Source of the DNA: an uncultured delta proteobacterium | GTDB lineage: Bacteria; Desulfobacterota; Desulfomonilia; UBA1062 | Direction: 5' to 3' | Assembly: GCA_963752595.1 (NCBI GenBank) | Contig: CAVVYZ010000005.1 | Coordinates: forward strand, 32,001-96,000 | Length of the DNA stretch: 64,000 bases | The notes under the pieces: model-generated | What the model was told of the DNA's origin: nothing | Seen by the model: only the letters and a program-made list of their open reading frames with translations | The model's database searches: none | Program-made: the position numbers and the translations under genes | Part shown: positions 9,797 through 20,700 of the stretch, in pieces | Layout of the letters: each line of letters starts with the position of its first letter | Numbering within the stretch: position 1 is the stretch's first letter

Positions 9797-9831
9797 AACC
9801 CGCCTTATCATGAAGCCATGAAAGGCGGGTT
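9797..9831 (-). terminator. Hairpin/terminator after the Spy-like gene
   Basis: AACCCGCCTT...AAGGCGGGTT inverted repeat. Confidence 0.5.
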
Positions 9832-9876
9832 CACTGGGTCATGCGCCCGAAGGCATGGGGATATCCGGCTGCGACA

Positions 9877-10332
9877 CTATTCATTCAGCGGGAAGGTATC
9901 GTTCCTTTCTCTTCCTCTTTTTTCGCGAAACTCCCTGGCGGTCGTCATGAGTCTTTTATAGCGGTCATGACCAAGGATCTTCCGCACATCGAGGAGATAC
10001 CGGAAACGCTCCATCGCAAGCTTTTCCCTGCGCAGCTCCAGCTTCTTGAACTGCTCCATTGCCGCCCGGTCGCTGGAATTCTGCTTATCAAGTATGGTAT
10101 CCAGCTCGAAACGTTCCTTTTCGAGATCACCTTTCATCTCCATCAGGGTTCTCCGGCTCTGGACGTAAAGGGTATCGAGCGCATCCTTTTCCGTCTGGCT
10201 TAAACCTAGACTCTCAGCGAGCTTGGGCATCTGCCACCACCTCCCGGGGGGCGCATCGTCACGGGCCCATGCCGCGACCGGATAGAGAAACAACGCAATC
10301 GCAATAGTATATAACCAGGCTTTACTCTTCAT
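9877..10332 (-). CDS. Periplasmic Spy/CpxP-like (heavy-metal sensor family) protein
   Basis: Signal peptide, PPGRWW..LAESLGLSQTEK and VRKILG motifs. Confidence 0.75.
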   Translation of the reverse strand: MKSKAWLYTIAIALFLYPVAAWARDDAPPGRWWQMPKLAESLGLSQTEKDALDTLYVQSRRTLMEMKGDLEKERFELDTILDKQNSSDRAAMEQFKKLELRREKLAMERFRYLLDVRKILGHDRYKRLMTTAREFREKRGRERNDTFPLNE

Positions 10333-10365
10333 GATATCTTGCCTCCTTTTCTCTTGTGCCGTACA

Positions 10366-10881
10366 TCAGACCTTTGTCTCGTCGACGGGCACGATGAAAT
10401 CCAGGGTGTCGTCGATATCGGCCGTTGACTCTTCCGGAGATATCTTCCGGTAATCCTCGGGCAGAGGGTCTTCTTCCAGGCTGCTGACCTGGGCCATGAG
10501 CCTTTCGTCTTCCTCCATCTCTTGAGCGATGCTTATCTGATCAGCGACCTTGAAATGCCCGCTGTGGTGCGTCAGGGAGAAGGTCACCAGGAGAAGGGCA
10601 AAGGCGGCTGCAGCGCCGAAGGCAAGCTGCCGGCCGAACGGCCGCACAGGGTGCCTGACCGGTTCCTCAGAGGGCAGAACCACCTTACGAGACAGCTCCG
10701 GAGCATACCTCTTCGCACGCGCCCCCAGCTGATCGAGCTGCTCCAGGATGAGCTGTCTTTCTCTCCGGCATACCGTACATGCCTGGAGATGATCCCTGCT
10801 CTGCCTGTCCAGATCATGCTCGGCAATGACAGAGCGGCTCAGTTCTTCTCCACTCAAATGTCCTCTGCCGTCCGTACTCAT
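10366..10881 (-). CDS. Zinc-binding (ZAS) transmembrane anti-sigma factor
   Basis: H..HLQACTVC motif and one TM helix; overlaps the end of the ECF sigma gene. Confidence 0.75.
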   Translation of the reverse strand: MSTDGRGHLSGEELSRSVIAEHDLDRQSRDHLQACTVCRRERQLILEQLDQLGARAKRYAPELSRKVVLPSEEPVRHPVRPFGRQLAFGAAAAFALLLVTFSLTHHSGHFKVADQISIAQEMEEDERLMAQVSSLEEDPLPEDYRKISPEESTADIDDTLDFIVPVDETKV

Positions 10882-11495
10882 AGCTTTCCCTCCTGCAGGA
10901 ATTCGTGTACGCCCTGCTCTTTGCGGAACTTATCCACGGCACGGTACAGGTGGGTCTTGACCGTGCTCTCGTTTTTTCCCAGCACCTCCGTGATTTCCCT
11001 TATGCTTAAGTCATCAAGGAACTTAAGCCTGAAGACCTCGCGTTCGGAAGCAGACAGCCGTGACATAAACCGGCCGAGGCCGTCCCAGAACTCCTTCCTC
11101 TCCAGATGGTCCTGCCCGCAGTCCTGCGCCGGAACGTGCTCCTCATCCTTCTCACGGGAAAACAGGGTGATGATGGACCGCACCCGCTTCTTCCGGTAGA
11201 AATCACGCACGGCGTTGAGCGCGATGCGGTACAGCCACGGCTTGAAAATTTCCGGGTCTTTGAGGGAGCTTACACCCCGGTAGGCATTGATGAAGACCTC
11301 CTGGGTAATGTCTTCCGCATCCATGCGCGATGATGTCCGGTAATAGACCATCCTGAATATCTCTCCCTGGAACCGGTTGATGAGCCCTTCAAAAGCGGCT
11401 CTGTCACCTGCGGCAGCCATACGTACGGCAGCCTTCAGGGAAGAGTAATCATCCGTACCCTTTTCTTGATCTTCTTGGTTCAAAGATCCGCCCAT
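10878..11495 (-). CDS. ECF RNA polymerase sigma factor
   Basis: GDRAAFEGL, DAEDITQEVF, FKPWLYRIALN and STVKTHLYRA. Confidence 0.93.
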   Translation of the reverse strand: MGGSLNQEDQEKGTDDYSSLKAAVRMAAAGDRAAFEGLINRFQGEIFRMVYYRTSSRMDAEDITQEVFINAYRGVSSLKDPEIFKPWLYRIALNAVRDFYRKKRVRSIITLFSREKDEEHVPAQDCGQDHLERKEFWDGLGRFMSRLSASEREVFRLKFLDDLSIREITEVLGKNESTVKTHLYRAVDKFRKEQGVHEFLQEGKL

Positions 11496-11661
11496 CTCTT
11501 GTCAATCCTTTAAGGGGTTTGTTGCTTCACCCACGGCCTTCAGCACTGCCTTTGCTCTATCGCGTACGGATGATCGCCTTTTTCTCATCATCAGTTCCGA
11601 CTATACCCTACAGATGCCCGGGCGTGGGATTTTGTCTACACGAATTTCTTTTAAGATACGA

Positions 11662-12162
11662 TCATCCTCCTGATTCTACCCGCCCGGGTACCGGGATCAC
11701 CAGGGGATGATGCCCGGTGAGCTCGATGACCCGCATGACATCATCCATTGAGATCACCAGAGTGCTCGTATTCACCAGCGGATGGCACTGCATGGCACTA
11801 TACGCAAGGAGGTCCCGGTCCACGATCACTTCGACGCTGCCTTCATGGTCGTTGATGACACCGAGGAGGGTAACGGAACCCGGCCTCAATCCAAGATATT
11901 TCTGCATCCTCTCGGCAGAAGCGAAGCTCAAGGACTTTGCATCGATGAGTGCCTCGAGTGCCCTGATATCCACTGCCTTGCCTGCTCCCACCGTTACCAG
12001 GATATGCCTTCGGCCTTTCCTGTCCCGTAGAAAGAGATTCTTGGTCTTGGCAGATCCGCCCGGTATATCGAGCCTGTCTGCCTGTTCACAGGTATAGACC
12101 GGCTCATGGTCATACCTCGTATAAGGTATCATGTGGAGATTCATATACTCATAGATGTCCAT
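11662..12162 (-). CDS. YbaK/ProX (PrdX) prolyl-tRNA editing protein
   Basis: HEPVYTCE, TKNLFLRDRKG, LSFASAE, PGSVT and HPLVNTST. Confidence 0.88.
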   Translation of the reverse strand: MDIYEYMNLHMIPYTRYDHEPVYTCEQADRLDIPGGSAKTKNLFLRDRKGRRHILVTVGAGKAVDIRALEALIDAKSLSFASAERMQKYLGLRPGSVTLLGVINDHEGSVEVIVDRDLLAYSAMQCHPLVNTSTLVISMDDVMRVIELTGHHPLVIPVPGRVESGG

Positions 12163-12251
12163 CCGCACTCCTGTGAAGCAACTGAAGGTCATACATGGCA
12201 CATCCTATGTCCGGGATCAAGGATCATGCCGTCTGGAGCCTTCATGGAGCC

Positions 12252-13569
12252 TCATCTCCTTGGGATGAGGCTTCTGATCTGGATAATCCAGAATCCGAGA
12301 AAATAGGTGAGGAGAAATATCACCCCTATGATGAAAAACCGCCTGAACTGCTCTTTCACGAGCCTGTCCGGCTCATAGTCCGCGTTTGCCGAAGATCTCC
12401 CCACCTTCCATGCAGGGATCTCAGCAAGGCTGCCGTACGTGCCGTGCGGAACAATCCGTTCAAGGCCGTATCGCGCTCCAGGGATCTGCCCGGATCCGTA
12501 ATGTATTTCATAAGACCTGCCCTGTTTGGGCATGAAGAGCAGATACCTGCGGGCACACCTGAGGGAGACCCGGTCAATGGCAAGCGGAGGCGCCTCTTTG
12601 TTCATGATGCGTATCCGGAAAAAATGCGCCTTTTTCATATCGGCTGTAACGGTATCCATGCTGAGATCAAGCCCGGGAATTCTGTAAATGACTCCTGCGC
12701 CTTTGCGCCGGTACAATGATTCCTCGGACATGTCGGCGGTATTGAGCTCCACCTCGCGGTAAAAACACCCGTCTGCGGCCTGGATCGATACCTGGTCAAC
12801 AGGAAGGTCAACCTTACCGAGATCGATAATGGTATCACCCTGATCATCCAAGCTGCATTTGGGCTCCTGATAAACCGCCTCGTCGATGTCCGGCCCTTTG
12901 CCTCGGAAGGCTCGCAAAGCCGCGTATGCCGCTCAAGGGATTGAAGCCCGGTCCGATGTCATCAAAAAGCCTGCATGGTTCAAGCCTTGGTTCTTCTTTG
13001 ACGGCAGGCTTTTTCAAGAGAACTCTGAGCCGCTCCGCAAACGTTTCCGGAAGGGCGACACCCATCCGGTAGGCATTGTATGAAGGCCTGAGGTCCGCCA
13101 CCCTGCCTTTGGCGATGAGCTGCCCTGCTGCCCCTTCAGCAGCGGAGAAGATCTCGATATCGGACCAGCCCGGTCTCTGGTCGGCGATGATCTCCAGATT
13201 GTTTACAAAATCTGCCCCGTTCGGGTTGCTGATGAGAAAAAAGGCCCCTTCCCCGGTTTCTTGAGACTGTACGATATCCCACCTGACTGCCTGCCTTTCC
13301 GGCTCGCGGACCGTATCGATGGAAAAGGGCACTTCTTCCCCGAGATCATCGAATATTCTGCAATCCGTAAGTCCAAGGCCCGAGCGGGTGAGGATCTCGG
13401 AGGGAACGGCAACCTTTACCAGTCCCGAAGACGCCCCTCCCTCAAGGGAGGCGGAAAAGGGGAAGTCTTCGGTCTTTACCTGGCGTGCAGAAGCCTGGCT
13501 GCATAAGATCATCCCAATGCCCACGAGGATGCCGCACCATAGTAGAGTCCTTGTCCTCTCTTTGGGCAT
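12252..13569 (-). CDS. DUF3999-like exported protein with a C-terminal TM anchor (frameshift near 12900)
   Basis: Two overlapping ORFs (12844-13581 and 12252-12917). Signal peptide, DCRIFDDLGEEVPF, IRIMNKEAPPLAI, YEIHYG..ARY and a C-terminal TM helix. Confidence 0.55.
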
Positions 13570-13587
13570 ATGTTTACACAAGGGGGT

Positions 13588-14157
13588 TCATGAAAAGATG
13601 ATATCATCCAGTCCGCGCTTGGGAACATGATGGACTCCCTCCTCATCCCGCCAGTACTCGATGCCTTCTTCAGGGCCTACCTCTTCTATCTTCACCTTTT
13701 CCAGGGGCTTGCCCAAGGCAAGGACGAGGAGGATCTCAAACTTTTTGGGGATATCGAGTGCTTCCCTGAGCCGGTTACGCTTGATCGATGCGATCATACA
13801 GCCGCCCAGGCCTTTGTCGGCTGCTCCGAGAAGAATGCTCTGGCCGGCGATCCCGTGGTCGCAACCGAAGGATTTGGTGATCGTTGTGTCTCCCAGGACA
13901 ATGATGTATGCAGATGGCCGCTGACCAGCCTCCGGCCCCGGCCAGTCTTTTAAATATCCTGCCCACCCCAGATTGGGAAAGATGAGGTTGTTCTTCTTCA
14001 GCGTACACGAGAGGATGTACCGCAATGGCTGAAGGTTCGCTGCCGACGCCGACAGCCGGGCAAGGTCGACCAGTTCCCTCAATACGCCCATCTCGACAGG
14101 CGTATCCTCGTGAAACCTCCTGTACGACCTGTTTTTTTCCACGAGCTCCCGTATCAT
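13588..14157 (-). CDS. Nitroreductase family protein
   Basis: NRSYRRF, ARLSASAANLQPLRY, DHGIAGQSILLGA..GLGGC and HHVPKR. AGGAGG RBS. Confidence 0.9.
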   Translation of the reverse strand: MIRELVEKNRSYRRFHEDTPVEMGVLRELVDLARLSASAANLQPLRYILSCTLKKNNLIFPNLGWAGYLKDWPGPEAGQRPSAYIIVLGDTTITKSFGCDHGIAGQSILLGAADKGLGGCMIASIKRNRLREALDIPKKFEILLVLALGKPLEKVKIEEVGPEEGIEYWRDEEGVHHVPKRGLDDIIFS

Positions 14158-14282
14158 AGCCAAATCCTCCTTGGTCACGTTCCATCCGGCTCAAATCAAT
14201 TGTTCATGCAAAAGCCCTGTCGTTTTCTTCTATCACCATAGCAGGCTTAACTCAAAATGAGAAATTACCTTATGCCCATTGC

Positions 14283-15014
14283 TTATGTGCTCCGCATGGA
14301 AACATCGGCCCGGGCTTTTTTGAGGTTTCTCAAGAAAGGTTTGAAGAGAAAGCTTTTTTCATCAAGACTGCAGAGCTGTTCGAACATAGGTTTTGTGACC
14401 GTAAAGGCAAGTATCTGCGGGGGGAGATACTGCCGCATGGCGATGTCTGTTGCGCCGATGATGGCCTGGGGCCTGTCCAGGTCCTCGAACAGGGGCAGGA
14501 GTTCCATGCACCCTGATCCGAAGGGCGAGATTACGGCAGGGGCATCACCGGGGATGCTCCGGTAGTTGGCCCCTATGATGAGCATGCTCAACTGGTCGGG
14601 GTTGACGAAGAAAGTGATTGTCTTGAGGTATTGGTATTTATCGGGTTTCAGAGGACCGATGAGGAGATAAGGATGCTCCATCTTGTAGGCTTTCCGCTTG
14701 TCAAACCATTGCTCCATGATGGTGCTCGAAGCCTTGAGCCCTTCCCCTTCATAGAGGAAATGCACATAATCTTCCCGCGAGCGCGTCTGCACATCGCACA
14801 GGCAGCTGCCTGCTCCTCCGCAGCCGAAATTCTCCCGGGTGATGACCAGCGCCTCGCCCTTTCTGAAATTCTCGTAAAAGCAGTAGATGCACATGTGCTT
14901 CCCCGGTTCCGGACGTATGAGCGGCTCGAATCCGCTCGTATCTGGTGAGTCATACAATCCGACCAGGGGAATGGTAAGGTCGATCTGCATGGTCAATCTC
15001 TTTTGGTCAGACAT
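14283..15014 (-). CDS. DUF169 family protein
   Basis: NFGCGGAG, ITFFVNPDQLS, SPFGSGC and IIGATDIAMRQYLP. Confidence 0.7.
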   Translation of the reverse strand: MSDQKRLTMQIDLTIPLVGLYDSPDTSGFEPLIRPEPGKHMCIYCFYENFRKGEALVITRENFGCGGAGSCLCDVQTRSREDYVHFLYEGEGLKASSTIMEQWFDKRKAYKMEHPYLLIGPLKPDKYQYLKTITFFVNPDQLSMLIIGANYRSIPGDAPAVISPFGSGCMELLPLFEDLDRPQAIIGATDIAMRQYLPPQILAFTVTKPMFEQLCSLDEKSFLFKPFLRNLKKARADVSMRST

Positions 15015-15103
15015 TATGGGCATCTCCTTTTTTTATGATATTCCCGTCTATGGGATATATTCTCTATCATTGCCTCAACCTGAGGCATATGAATTTTCAC
15101 CTC

Positions 15104-16171
15104 TTATATGAGAACATCGGAAGGGTCGAAAAGCCCGGCAGCCCCCTCGAATGTGGATGGGATCCAGTTCGGATGGTCATCCCTGTCAATGAGCCTCGCC
15201 CGCACCCCTTCACGGAAATCATGCCGGGATGTGAGGTAACGGGAGGCTTTGAGATCGGTCTTGAACACTTCAGCCAGGTCCCGGCCTTCATTATACCTCA
15301 GCAGCGCAAGGGTCCAGATCGTGGCCGAGGGAGAGCGCTGCGACAGCCGGTCGAAGACCCCCTTGCACAGATCCTGCTCAATGCTGCACTGCTTTAAATG
15401 AGAAAGGATTTCGGGTACGGAGCTCAACCCCGAGAAGTATGCCCTTACCCATGCATCCATGTCCGGCCGGCCCGGAATATCCTGGGTGAGCAAGGGTTTC
15501 AGGAGGCCGGAAACGGCCCGCACATACCCGTCCTTCTCAAAGCCGAGCTTTTCCGCATTGTCTTCGACCAGGTTCACTATGTGGCTTATCTTGCCGGAAG
15601 GGGCAAGATGAGTGGCCAGGCCTAATCGCAAGCACTCCGACCCTGAAGCCTCATAGCCTGTGAGTGCGAGAAATTCGGGGTACCCGGAAGGACATTTCCG
15701 GAACAGCCACCCGGTAGCCCCCACATCCGGGAAGAAACCGATCCGTGTTTCGGGCATTGCCATACGCGTAAGCTCCGTGGCAATCACCAGGTCGGCACCG
15801 GCAGAGATGCCCAGCCCTCCGCCCATGGTGATCCCGTCTGCAATGACCAGAACAGGCTTGAGAAAACGGTGAATGCGGAGATCGAGACAATACTCGTCTT
15901 CGAAGAACTGCATGGCTTCATTCCGTGAGTCATCGGCCACTGCCTTTGCAATGAGCCTGATGTCCCCGCCTGCACAAAAGCCTTTCGGCCCGGTGCCGGA
16001 GATGATAACGAGCCTCACCTCCTCTAGGCTTTCAGCCTCGTCCATGGCTTGATCAATCATATGAACCATGTGTACATTCAAGCTGTTCAGAACCTCCGGA
16101 CGATTAAGCACGATGTGCATCACGGCTGGTTTTCTCAAGACAATTACCGGATCGTTCAAGGAATCAGCCAT
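15104..16171 (-). CDS. 3-hydroxyisobutyryl-CoA hydrolase-like enoyl-CoA hydratase/isomerase
   Basis: LNRPEVLNSLN, FCAGGDI, GITMGGGLG, MPETRIGFFPDVG and DFREGVRARLIDRD. Confidence 0.88.
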   Translation of the reverse strand: MADSLNDPVIVLRKPAVMHIVLNRPEVLNSLNVHMVHMIDQAMDEAESLEEVRLVIISGTGPKGFCAGGDIRLIAKAVADDSRNEAMQFFEDEYCLDLRIHRFLKPVLVIADGITMGGGLGISAGADLVIATELTRMAMPETRIGFFPDVGATGWLFRKCPSGYPEFLALTGYEASGSECLRLGLATHLAPSGKISHIVNLVEDNAEKLGFEKDGYVRAVSGLLKPLLTQDIPGRPDMDAWVRAYFSGLSSVPEILSHLKQCSIEQDLCKGVFDRLSQRSPSATIWTLALLRYNEGRDLAEVFKTDLKASRYLTSRHDFREGVRARLIDRDDHPNWIPSTFEGAAGLFDPSDVLI

Positions 16172-16344
16172 GCTCTCCCTATGCCCTCGTACAGCACTCC
16201 TCTGAATAAATCTTCCTGCACCCTATCTTAAAGATAAGGTCCTACCTCATGCATGTCCAGAGTGTTTTCCTTCGATGAATGACAAAGATCTTCCCGGAGC
16301 TGATATCATGGCCGGAATCGAACACTAAAAAAAGGAATGCTGCC

Positions 16345-17646
16345 TTACTCGAGGTGTTGCCGTATACTCTCCATCTGATCCTTAACCTTTGACTTGATGG
16401 AGGCAATTTTTTCGGCATCCATCTTGAGCAGTACGGCGGATTCGGTATTCTCCAGATCGACTTCGAACGGATCGGACTGACCGAAGCCCATATTCTTGAC
16501 GAGCAGATTTGAAAAATGCACGACCTGAAGCTCTTTCGTGATGTTGTCGGCGTTTGCAAGGGAATGATGATGATTGGAGATCGAGACGTATCTCTCCGAG
16601 AATCCCCATTTTTTCAGGAGTATGCTGCCGGTTCTCCCATGATATACATCCAGGGCTTTAAACATCTCCAGGACCTCATCCTGATCTGCTGCCTGCGTCC
16701 TCTTTTCCGCCTCGCCCACTACCTGGATCAGGATCAGCTTCCCGATGTCATGAAGGAGCCCCAGGGTGAAGGCGTCTTCTTCGAGCCTTGCCTGGGCAGC
16801 GCTTGCCGTAATCTGGGAAGCATAGGCGCACGAGAGCGAATGCAGCCAGAGATTCTCCACGATCTGCGTATATTTCTTGTTGTTGATCGTATACATCCCC
16901 CGGTTGGCGATAGCGCTGACGGTCTGCTTCGTGGTTTCGAGACCGAGGCGCGATATGGCGCTCTCGAGGGTCTTATTCTCCGTCAGGCCACGGTAATAGG
17001 AAGAATTGGAGATGTTGATGAGTTTTGTCGTGATGGCGGCATCCTGCCTGAGGAGTTCGGCAATATTCTGCAGGGTAGCTCCTTTGTCCACCAGTTCCTT
17101 GAATTTCGAATGTATCTGGGGCAGCGAAGGAAGATCAATTTCTCCACGCTTAAAGCGATTGATGATATTTTCGATAAACGCGCCCTTTTTCTCAAGCCCT
17201 TTGGATTCTTTCGCAGCCTCTCCTGATGTGCCGTTTTCGGGAAGGCTGCCCTCGACCTTGAATCCTTTGTTTATCAGTTTTTTCGTAACAGTCTCACGGT
17301 TAAAGGGTTTGGTGATGAAGTCATCGCAACCGGACCGGACACAAGCAATGATAGTGTCCTTCTCAGACTGGGAGGTTACCATGAATATATTGACTCTCTT
17401 ATCCTTGGGAATTTTCCTCTCCTCTTCGATCCGTCTTATATTATTGAGCACCTCGGTTCCGTCCATGTCGGGCATGACGATGTCCAGGGTGATGAGATCG
17501 AAAGGAACCCAAGATTCCCATGCCTGCGAAAAGGCATTCAATGCCTCTGTACCGTTTTCTACAGCCAGGCATTCGCCGATCCCTTCCATGATCATCTGCA
17601 TCTTTTTCCTGCTGACGAGTTCGTCGTCAACCACTAGGATCTTCAT
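16345..17646 (-). CDS. Response regulator with REC and HDOD domains
   Basis: ILVVDD..LDIVMP..KP receiver. HDOD motifs LPSLP, DAAITTKLI, LWLHSL and GLLHDIGKL. Confidence 0.9.
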   Translation of the reverse strand: MKILVVDDELVSRKKMQMIMEGIGECLAVENGTEALNAFSQAWESWVPFDLITLDIVMPDMDGTEVLNNIRRIEEERKIPKDKRVNIFMVTSQSEKDTIIACVRSGCDDFITKPFNRETVTKKLINKGFKVEGSLPENGTSGEAAKESKGLEKKGAFIENIINRFKRGEIDLPSLPQIHSKFKELVDKGATLQNIAELLRQDAAITTKLINISNSSYYRGLTENKTLESAISRLGLETTKQTVSAIANRGMYTINNKKYTQIVENLWLHSLSCAYASQITASAAQARLEEDAFTLGLLHDIGKLILIQVVGEAEKRTQAADQDEVLEMFKALDVYHGRTGSILLKKWGFSERYVSISNHHHSLANADNITKELQVVHFSNLLVKNMGFGQSDPFEVDLENTESAVLLKMDAEKIASIKSKVKDQMESIRQHLE

Positions 17647-17727
17647 GGCAACTCCTCAGAAGATATGAAAAAGATCAGTGCTTGCATTTTTCTCGCCTTT
17701 AATACCGGGAAGCATCTATAAAAGTGC

Positions 17728-20700
17728 TCACAGCTCGGTCTTATCGAATACATCCAGACGGACATATTCCTTTTCCATCCTCTGGAGCATCTCCTCGCCG
17801 CCATCGACCTTACCGGATTTCCCCAGATTCTCCATTTCCATGGCCGCCCCTGAAAGATCGTCGGCACAAATGTTCGCAGCCCCTCCCTTGATGGAATGTG
17901 CCTCTTTGCGTACCGTTTCCGCGTCCCCCTGCTGAATGGCCTTGCGGATGATTTCTATCTGCTTGCCTACATTCTGCAGAAATCCCCCCAGAATCTCCCT
18001 GAGAAAATCCCTGTCGGCATCGAATTCATTCATTACCCTTTCCAGATCTATGGGACACCCATTTTTATCCATGGACTTATCACCTTTCCCTTCCTCTGGT
18101 TGCAGTTGTCTGGCAGAGTCACCTTTCATCGTGTCCTTCTTTTTTGTCCATCTGTCTACCATTTCAATCAATTCTTCCCTCCGGAGAGGCTTGGCTATGT
18201 AATCATCCATACCGGCTTCGATGCATTTATCACGGTATCCGGTAATGGCGTGTGCGGTCATCGCTATGATCGGGATTCTCTTCCGATGCTCCGATGATCC
18301 CGGCGGCAACTTGGAGCTTAGTTTCTCCTCCCACCCTCGAATCTGCTTTGTAGCTTCGTACCCGTCCATGATCGGCATCTGGATATCCATGAGGATGAGG
18401 TCATAACGTTTTCGCTTGAAAGCAGCTACCGCCTGCTGGCCGTTCTCCGCGACCTCGGCCTGGTACCCTGCCTTGAAGAGATGCCTCATGGCAACCTGCT
18501 GGTTGGTGGGATAATCTTCTGCAAGAAGGATCTGGATATCGCCTCGATAATCCTCCACCACGGTATGCCTGGTAATGAGTTTGGAGATCTCTTCCGTATC
18601 CTCTGCCTTGGAAATACCCATGACGGACAAAATGGCCTTTTTGAGGTCGTCCCTGCGCATCGGCTTAGGCAGATAACCCTGGATGCCGATATCCTTGCAA
18701 TACTTACCGTCACCGAGGTCTCCGAGTGATGTCAGGATAATGATGGGTATCTTCTTCAAGGATTTTACCGCCCGTATCTCTTTTGTTAATTCGAAACCAT
18801 TCATATCCGGCATATTGAAATCCAGGAGGATCAGATCAAAGGGCTCATTGAGGATAATCCCCGCCCTGAGCAGGGATACAGTCTCCTGTCCTCCCGGATA
18901 GTCGACAGGGATACAGCCCCATGTTTTCAGGTACTCCATGAGGATGAACCGGTTTGTCTCGTTGTCATCAACCACCAGCACCCGCATGCCTTTGATATCC
19001 ACCTCGTCAAGTACGGGATATATTCTCTGGTCTTTCTGCTTTGGAAAAGCAGCCGTGAAGAAAAAGGTGCTCCCCTCACCCTCGATGCTATAGACGCCGA
19101 CTTTCCCTCCCATCATCTCAACGATCTTTTTCGAGATTGCAAGCCCTAGGCCGGTGCCTCCGTACTTCCTCGTGGTAGATCCGTCCGCCTGGGTAAAGCT
19201 CTCGAATATCCTTTCCTGTTTGTCCTTGGGGATTCCGATCCCGGTATCCCGTACACTGAACTTCAGGGAGACCTTATTTTTATATTCCCTATGCTTTTCC
19301 ACCTTGATGAAAATCTCGCCCTTTTCGGTGAATTTCAGGGAATTGCCTGCCAGGTTGGCAATTACCTGGCGCAGCCTCCCCGGATCCCCCATGAGGCGCG
19401 ACGGTACATCGGGGGAGACGAAGGAAATGAATTCCAGCCCTTTCTTTTCCGACCTCATGGCAAAACTGTGGGCCAGATCCTCGATCAGAATTCTCAAGTC
19501 AAAGGGAATCTTCTCCAGCTCATACCGGTCGGCCTCTATTTTCGAGAAGTCCAGGATATCGTTGATGAGATTCAGCAGGATCTCTGATTCTCTGTTGATG
19601 ACACGGACAATATCTCTCTGGTTCTCATCCAGGCTGGTATCCATGGCAAGCTCCGTCATCCCGATGATGCCGTTCAAAGGGGTGCGGATCTCATGGCTCA
19701 TATTGGCCAGGAATTCGCTCTTGGCTCTGTTCTCGGCCTCTGCTTTGAGCTTAGCAGCCTTGAATTCCTCAGTCTGTATCCGCTCGGAGACATCCCGTAT
19801 CAGACCCCTGAAACCCACTGGATTTCCATTCGAATCCCTGATGAGGAGGATCGAGGTTTCCGTAAGGACCTTGCTGCCGTCCTTCCGGATCAGCGTCCAG
19901 CCGAAGGCCTTCTCGGGCTTCCCTGTTTCGAATACCCGTCTGAATGTCTGGAAGACCGTGCGAGCGCCTTCCTCGTCCATTAATATTTTGTAATTCCGAC
20001 CCTTCATTTCTTCGGCTGTAAATCCCATATTCCGGCCCAACGAATCATTAAAGAAGGTGAGATTGCCCGCAAGATCGGTTTCATAGTAACCCTCTTCAAT
20101 GCTCTCGAGGATTGACCGGTACTTGGCCTCGTTCTTCCTGATCTCTTCGTCCGCATTGATACGGTCGGTGATGTCCCGGGTGATACCGACAAAGCCTATG
20201 GGCTTGCCGTTGTCATCGAGCTGGATCGATGCAATGGTATCTGCCCAGAACTCGGTGCCGTCCCCGCGGGTATGCTCGAACTCGAACCTTTTCACAACAT
20301 GGGATACATCTTCACCTTGATCGACCAGGGCCATGATCTCGCCGAATTCGGAAACAACCCTCTTGAACAACTCCCGGCTCATGACATGTCGGACATTCAG
20401 TTTCAATGTCTCCTCGACTGTTGTCCTTGCGACCTGCTTCACCGAGGGGCTGACATAGGTGAAATTGAAATCAAGGTCTGCCGTCCAGATGATGTCATTG
20501 ACGTTCTCTGCCAGGAGACGGTACCGGTGCTCGCTCTCCATGAGTGCCCGCTCTGCCTGGACCCGCTTCGTGACATCCCTGACTATGCCCCGGAATCCGA
20601 CGCATTCGCCGCTGCGGGACAGTACTCGGGAAACAGAGATCTCGCAATTGATCCTTTCACCGCCCTTCTTGATGAAATCCCACGAAACCGGCGCAAGATC

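Noticed and set aside
12844-12917. Two separate genes or recoding in the DUF3999-like locus
   Set aside because: One indel joins a signal-peptide half to a TM-anchor half, and I saw no slippery site with a stimulatory structure.
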